From Minisyncoccota bacterium (GTDB lineage Bacteria; Patescibacteriota; Minisyncoccia; Phycocordibacterales; PALSA-1337), in NCBI GenBank assembly GCA_017991475.1, contig JAGOQK010000001.1:12783-76782 (forward strand): a stretch of DNA of 64,000 bases. The letters are read 5' to 3'. The position numbers and the translations under genes were made by a program. Position 1 is the stretch's first letter. Every line of letters starts with the position of its first letter. Below are positions 59,042 to 64,000 of the stretch, piece by piece. A model generated the notes under the pieces. It was not told the origin of the DNA and searched no databases. It saw nothing but the letters and a program-made list of their open reading frames with translations.

Positions 59042-59650
59042 CTATAACATCACAATCTCACCAACATGACCTCCATCAACTTTTTTCTTTACAACTTTAA
59101 AGGATTCAGGTGCACTTAACCCGATAATCAGTAAAGGTCCACGCAAAATTGTACTAAGAGGTCTCAGGTACCTACAAAATTTCTCAAATTCACCAACAGC
59201 AGAATCAAATGCTCCCGCCTCCTTTAATTCTTTGGTAGCAGAAATAATAACGCCTACCTCTGTTTCAATTGCCTTTAAGACATTATTCTGCTCGCTAGCC
59301 AATGCAGGCTTCAATAAATTCCAAGCGATAGCCTCCCCATGGTTAAAAGCAACCTCTACAGAAACAGCGTCCTTTGCAAAATCAAGTCTCCATTTTTGGC
59401 CCTGGTAATCCTTATCCTGAAAAATCGGAGCCTCCTTCATCCAACCCTTTCCAATAAACCTTTCTCTAAGTAAATCATTTATAGCATGAGACAGACTCAT
59501 TGTTTGAGGATATTTCTCCCGATGCCTGGAAATGATGTCACTATCTGAGATACTAGAAATAACCTCTTCAATTTCGTGATACTGTGTAACGTATTTTTCC
59601 TGACTTAAAATGAAATCTCCGTGCTTATGTGATTCCTTTATGAATTTCAT
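59042..59650 (-). CDS. putative type II restriction endonuclease (BglII/BamHI-like active-site region)
   Basis: LDFAKDAVSVEVAFNHGE resembles the BglII D-x9-E-V-Q-F catalytic segment. It is divergent from an adjacent C5-MTase and lies in an AT-rich island. Confidence 0.5.
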   Translation of the reverse strand: MKFIKESHKHGDFILSQEKYVTQYHEIEEVISSISDSDIISRHREKYPQTMSLSHAINDLLRERFIGKGWMKEAPIFQDKDYQGQKWRLDFAKDAVSVEVAFNHGEAIAWNLLKPALASEQNNVLKAIETEVGVIISATKELKEAGAFDSAVGEFEKFCRYLRPLSTILRGPLLIIGLSAPESFKVVKKKVDGGHVGEIVML

Positions 59651-59727
59651 TGAGGTAAATTAGACAATATATATTAGAATAGATCAATCTTGATCGAAAG
59701 TCCATATGGTGCTAGAATCGAGGAATC

Positions 59728-60993
59728 ATGAAAAAGCAGTCAAAAGACATAAAGGTTGCTGAACTATTTGCGGGTGTGGGCGGTTTTCGCATGGGACTTG
59801 AAGGTAAGAACAAAAAGTCCGGCTATAGGGTCGTCTGGAGTAATCAATGGGAACCATCGACCAAACGACAACACGCATCCGAAGTATATGAAAATGCATT
59901 TGGTAAAGATGGTCACTCAAACGAGGATATTGCCAAAGTACCCGTACACACAATTCCTGACCATGATTTACTAGTAGGAGGGTTTCCTTGCCAAGACTAT
60001 TCTGTAGCAAGAACTTTAAGTCAGTCTGCAGGACTTCAAGGTAAAAAAGGTGTCCTCTGGTGGTCTATTGAACGTATTCTCAGAGAAAAGAAATCAAAAG
60101 CTCCTAGCTTTCTCATGCTTGAGAATGTAGACAGGCTTGTAAAGTCCCCTGCCGCACAACGTGGAAGGGATTTTGCGATAATGCTAGCCTCACTTTCAAA
60201 TCTTGGCTATATAGTTGAATGGCGTGTAATCAATGCGGCTGATTATGGAATGCCTCAAAGAAGAAGACGAATATATATCTTAGGATACAAAAAAGGAACA
60301 GCTCCTCATAAAGAAGCATCAAAATATCAACCTGATGAGTGGTTACTACGAAATGGATTATTTGCAAAATCATTCCCCGTCACCCCTAAGGATACAAGCT
60401 CAAGTAATATCGATCTAACTGGTGAACTGGATGAAATCAGCAAACTATTCAATAAAGAATCTTCCAAGGGAGACTCACCATTCCACAATGCTGGATTAAT
60501 GATTGGTCGAAATGTATGGACTATCCGCACTACACCTGATTATAGTGGTAGCTCGACTTTGCTTGGCGATATACTTCTTCCAGAAAAAGATGTTCCTGAA
60601 GAATATTTTGTTGATGAAAAAGATTTAAAGGGATGGAAATATCTTAAAGGAGGAAAAAAGGAAAAAAGAAAAGGCAAAGATGGTTTTGAATATGAATACT
60701 CCGAAGGCCCAATTGCATTCCCTGACTATCTTGATAAACCTTCGCGTACGATCGTTACAGGTGAAGGAGGCTCAACACCTTCACGCTTTAAGCATATTAT
60801 TAAATTAAAATCAGGGCGCTACCGAAGACTTACTCCAGTTGAACTTGAGCGACTCAACATGTTTCCAGATAACCACACAAAGCTTGATGGCATATCCGAC
60901 GTGAAGCGTGCATTCTTCATGGGCAATGCACTTGTAATAGGGGTTATTGAAAGACTTGGAAAGGAGCTTCTCAAACACATTTCTGAAATGTAA
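59728..60993 (+). CDS. DNA (cytosine-5)-methyltransferase
   Basis: It has motif I ELFAGVGGF, motif IV GGFPCQDYS, ENV (LMLENVDRL) and a C-terminal TRD. Confidence 0.9.
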   Translation: MKKQSKDIKVAELFAGVGGFRMGLEGKNKKSGYRVVWSNQWEPSTKRQHASEVYENAFGKDGHSNEDIAKVPVHTIPDHDLLVGGFPCQDYSVARTLSQSAGLQGKKGVLWWSIERILREKKSKAPSFLMLENVDRLVKSPAAQRGRDFAIMLASLSNLGYIVEWRVINAADYGMPQRRRRIYILGYKKGTAPHKEASKYQPDEWLLRNGLFAKSFPVTPKDTSSSNIDLTGELDEISKLFNKESSKGDSPFHNAGLMIGRNVWTIRTTPDYSGSSTLLGDILLPEKDVPEEYFVDEKDLKGWKYLKGGKKEKRKGKDGFEYEYSEGPIAFPDYLDKPSRTIVTGEGGSTPSRFKHIIKLKSGRYRRLTPVELERLNMFPDNHTKLDGISDVKRAFFMGNALVIGVIERLGKELLKHISEM

Positions 60994-60994
60994 T

Positions 60995-62461
60995 TTAGAA
61001 ACCTAATTGCTGTTGTCCTTTATTATTGTCATTTAAAAATGGGGGCGGATTTATTTCCACTCTCCTCCAGGCACTTTTTACTCCTTTTTTATCAGGAACC
61101 ATTTCAATATAGCCCTTACCTTTAAGGTTATAAAAACATCCCTTCACTTTATTTTCTGATTTAATACCCGTTATTTCTCGTGCGGTCTTATTATTTATTT
61201 CATTATGATTTCTAAGATACTCCAATATCTGGTCCTCGGGAGAAGCCAGTGGCTCATGTGGTAAAATTACAGTTACTTTAGTTTTTGTAGCATTAATTAT
61301 TGGAGGTTTCAGTCTTACATCCTGCATTTTTTGAAACGCAGTATTTAAACCCTCCCCAATATCATGATTAGGTCGATCTGGATACTTATTAAGAAGTCTG
61401 ACTAATTTGGGGTTACGGGAAAATCTTTCTGTTAATATATTTTCTGCTGTTATAAATGCTGGCAGTGATCCCGGACTACTAATTTCAATTCTATTATTAA
61501 AAATGAACACTGAAACATCATCAGAAATATTATAATCTCTATGAATCAGAGCATTTACTAAAATCTCCTTTATGGCAGCAGGAGGATATTTTGCTCTCTC
61601 AAGACCTGTTGTTCCCATTATTGGTAGGGCATTAATTATTCGCTGCATCTCCTGAAGACCTCTAATAATTTGTTCATGAATTGGCCCTTCAATAGTTGTC
61701 TGACACTTAATATGTTCCCTTTCTGGGACTTCTTCGCTCGTATCATACCAAGTTATTTTTAATCCACATCTTTTCTGAAGAACCGCAGACGGATTATCAT
61801 CATATAATAAGACTCCAGCATATACCGCACTCTGATTTGTACCAGAATCAATTATTAAGTACTGCTTCATAAGAAATTCCTTTGGATCAACCTTTGGAAG
61901 ATAGGAATCAATAAAGTTTTTTAATTCTTTGGAATTAGTTAGCTGTATTACATTATAATCAACTACCAACTGATTTTCATAACTTTTAGCCCCCTTAGAT
62001 AATTGAAGATTTGTTATATCATCTCCAAGAATTAGAAGGCATTGTGCGCCCATGCGTATATACGCGTTCTGACCTGCAGTGTAATGAACATCTGAACTCT
62101 TATCAATTGCCACACTCAAAACTTTTCCGAGCTCTTCATGACCATCAATTTCTAAAAAATCAAAATGGGGGTCCAAGAGTCTGGGTTCAATATTTCTAGT
62201 TATATCAGCGATTGCATTATTGGCATCTTCTTGATTAGCGAAGCCATCCCACCGCTCAAATTTTCCTCCACTCAACACTTTTTCATTTCGATCATGAATA
62301 CCAATAATCAATTCTCCCCCATCAGCATTGGCAAAAGAAATGCATTTTTTCTGAAGTACTTCCCCTCGATAATCCCTCCTTGTAACATCAAAAAAATGTC
62401 CTTCTTCTTCCTGTAGTAATGCTACCGCGTCTGATTCTGATATTTTTTTGATTCTAAACAT
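60995..62461 (-). CDS. AlbA_2 (divergent AAA/Schlafen-like) DNA-binding domain plus HATPase_c_4 protein, a putative ATP-dependent regulator
   Basis: It has ISFANADGGELIIGIHD (AlbA_2) and ILVNALIHRDY (HATPase_c_4). Confidence 0.7.
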   Translation of the reverse strand: MFRIKKISESDAVALLQEEEGHFFDVTRRDYRGEVLQKKCISFANADGGELIIGIHDRNEKVLSGGKFERWDGFANQEDANNAIADITRNIEPRLLDPHFDFLEIDGHEELGKVLSVAIDKSSDVHYTAGQNAYIRMGAQCLLILGDDITNLQLSKGAKSYENQLVVDYNVIQLTNSKELKNFIDSYLPKVDPKEFLMKQYLIIDSGTNQSAVYAGVLLYDDNPSAVLQKRCGLKITWYDTSEEVPEREHIKCQTTIEGPIHEQIIRGLQEMQRIINALPIMGTTGLERAKYPPAAIKEILVNALIHRDYNISDDVSVFIFNNRIEISSPGSLPAFITAENILTERFSRNPKLVRLLNKYPDRPNHDIGEGLNTAFQKMQDVRLKPPIINATKTKVTVILPHEPLASPEDQILEYLRNHNEINNKTAREITGIKSENKVKGCFYNLKGKGYIEMVPDKKGVKSAWRRVEINPPPFLNDNNKGQQQLGF

Positions 62462-62533
62462 AACTTTATCCTAACTCCATTATGATAAAAGTAAAGGCCA
62501 ACAGCATCTAGGTAGTAAAAGTATAAACCATCT

Positions 62534-62568
62534 TTGACACCCCTCCCTCATCATGGTACTATGTACCT
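62534..62568 (+). promoter_or_regulatory. sigma70-like promoter
   Basis: TTGACA-17 nt-TACTAT lies just upstream of a 51-codon ORF. Confidence 0.45.
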
Positions 62569-62571
62569 ACT

Positions 62572-62727
62572 ATGCAACAGCATATAAATAACATCACCAA
62601 TACGAATCGCCAGGTACCGCAGGTTCACTCCTTCGGATCTATCCTCATGGCCAAGAATATGGCCGATACCATCGGCGCACTTGCGTCCGGTCGTGATGTT
62701 TCTCATATGCCTATGACTCAGAGCTAA
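62572..62727 (+). CDS. small ORF (51 aa), candidate leader peptide upstream of the MFS efflux gene
   Basis: My translation is MQQHINNITNTNRQVPQVHSFGSILMAKNMADTIGALASGRDVSHMPMTQS. It is too short for the ORF track. Confidence 0.3.
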   Translation: MQQHINNITNTNRQVPQVHSFGSILMAKNMADTIGALASGRDVSHMPMTQS

Positions 62728-62760
62728 TCAGCTCCCCACCCTCTTCATCGCATGCAGAAA

Positions 62761-62807
62761 AATCCCGACTGGGCGAAAGTCGGGATTTTCTATATCCCTT
62801 CGCCCAG
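62761..62807 (+). terminator. two mutually exclusive hairpins (terminator-like plus alternative) between the leader ORF and the MFS gene
   Basis: Hairpin A is aatcccgact-gggcgaa-agtcgggatt + TTTTC. Hairpin B is ctgggcgaa...ttcgcccag, which shares the gggcgaa segment. Confidence 0.45.
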
Positions 62808-62889
62808 TGTGAGCCACGATACAAACAATCAAACTATCGAGTTCATCAAACTAGTTCCTTGAAAACCACATACACAGAAAGAAAAACAT

Positions 62890-64000
62890 ATGCACACACG
62901 CATCATCAGACAGTATTACATCCTCGCCTCTCTATTCAGAGCAGGAGGACACGCGCTCCATTCTGCCATCTACGTGACCTTCCTCATGCAGCATGGACTC
63001 AATCTGTTCGAGGTCAACCTCGTCAACGCATGCTACTTCACCGCCATATTCTTCTGCGAGATCCCTACGGGGGTCTTCGCGGATGTCTTTGGGCGGAAGC
63101 ATTCATTCGTCACTGCCTGCGGCCTCATGGCGCTCGCTCTGTTCGTCTACGGTTCATCACAGACGCTCGCAGGATTCATCGTCGCAGAGCTCATCTGCGC
63201 AGTCGCACACACATTCGAGAGCGGTGCCTTCAAGGCATGGTTCGTGGATAGTCTGCGACATCAGGGCTATGAGGGAAACTTGAGTCGCATCTTCGGACGC
63301 GAGCGTGTGATCGGTCAGGTTGCCGGAGGTATCGCAGCCATCACCGGCTCGTACCTCTACGCGATCCATCCGACACTGCCCTGGTATCTGAGCAGCGTCA
63401 TCCTCATCATCACGATGGTCGCCGCGCACCGCATCATGAAGGAAGATTACTTCACGCGGACTATGCAGCTCTCGTGGCGGAACGGTCTCTCTACTATGCG
63501 AGACACTGCTGTCACGAGTATCCGATATGGCATGAATGACCGGGCGGTCAGGTTCACCCTGATCGTCACGGGTATCATGTCATTTGCAGTGATGGGGCTC
63601 AATATGTACTGGCAGCCGTTCTTCGTCAATCGCAGTATCGATGCACGCAACCTCGGATATATATTCGGGGGTATCATGATCGCGATCGGCATCGGTTCAT
63701 ATCTCGCTTCACGGCGAAAAGAAGGTACTGATGAGAAACAACTGATCGTCGTGAATATGGCATGTACAGGTGTGCTCGTCATCACGGCCGCACTGGTCCC
63801 TGGTGTTGCGCTCGCAGTGTTCGTATTCCTGCTCCACGAGATACCGCGCGGAGCCTTGAGTCCTCTCATGGATTCATATCTCCACACGCGTATTCCCTCG
63901 AGAGAGCGTGCAACCATCTCATCATTCTGCTCGATGGCGCCGCACATCTGCGGAGCTCTCGGACTTCTAGTGAGTGGTCTTCTTGCGAACACCTGGGGTA
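62890..64000 (+). CDS. MFS transporter (drug-efflux-like), truncated at the window end
   Basis: My frame-1 translation is MHTRIIRQYYILASLFRAGG...GVFADVFGRK (MFS motif A) and is open to position 64000. The track ORFs in other frames here are spurious. Confidence 0.8.
   Translation, partial: MHTRIIRQYYILASLFRAGGHALHSAIYVTFLMQHGLNLFEVNLVNACYFTAIFFCEIPTGVFADVFGRKHSFVTACGLMALALFVYGSSQTLAGFIVAELICAVAHTFESGAFKAWFVDSLRHQGYEGNLSRIFGRERVIGQVAGGIAAITGSYLYAIHPTLPWYLSSVILIITMVAAHRIMKEDYFTRTMQLSWRNGLSTMRDTAVTSIRYGMNDRAVRFTLIVTGIMSFAVMGLNMYWQPFFVNRSIDARNLGYIFGGIMIAIGIGSYLASRRKEGTDEKQLIVVNMACTGVLVITAALVPGVALAVFVFLLHEIPRGALSPLMDSYLHTRIPSRERATISSFCSMAPHICGALGLLVSGLLANTWG

Noticed and set aside
62859-63992. 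Track ORFs 62859..63251 (+), 63157..63429 (-) and 63447..63992 (-)
   Set aside because: They are in the wrong frame or on the wrong strand relative to the MFS transporter. The MFS frame-1 translation shows TM helices and MFS motif A and is open to the window end. The listed ORFs are Arg-rich artefacts.

Overview
This 64-kb window comes from a bacterial chromosome with about 50% GC and standard code (TGA is a stop). Many genes lack Shine-Dalgarno sequences, and the gene content is consistent with a small-genome, CPR/Patescibacteria-like organism, though I cannot prove that from sequence alone. Most of the window is housekeeping. Recognisable genes include lepA, murJ, an O-antigen-ligase/TPR protein, class II RNR nrdJ, archaeal-type aspS, msrA/msrB, a cyclophilin, nrnA, tRNA-Gly(CCC) and RNase P RNA. 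There is also a copper homeostasis operon (csoR-copA-HMA/TauE-cupredoxin) with a textbook CsoR operator, and an ECF sigma factor followed by a MacAB/YknXYZ-like efflux module. The clearest accessory system is a complete diversity-generating retroelement at about 40.5-43.0 kb. It has an RT with the DGR-specific SQ motif, an Avd-like four-helix-bundle gene, and a 113-bp template repeat and variable repeat that differ at 14 positions. All 14 differences fall on template adenines. The target protein is 226 aa with a diversified C-terminus, and a hairpin lies just downstream of the VR. Three further regions deserve a second look. One is a tightly packed minus-strand operon: a standalone class III nucleotidyl cyclase, a cupin, a mini GIY-YIG nuclease and a DUF45 metallohydrolase, which could be a signalling or defence module. 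The second is an AT-rich island at about 57.4-62.5 kb carrying Fic, a BglII/BamHI-like nuclease, a C5-cytosine methyltransferase and an AlbA_2/HATPase regulator. The third is the RNase P RNA gene, which carries three near-identical GNRA-tetraloop hairpins with compensatory base changes. Other observations include a PEP-CTERM-sorted secreted protein, several recurrent palindromic or inverted-repeat elements, two tiny ultra-basic peptide ORFs, and a leader-ORF plus alternative-hairpin arrangement upstream of a truncated MFS efflux gene. Every call below is based on reading motifs directly in the sequence and provided translations; no database search was run.
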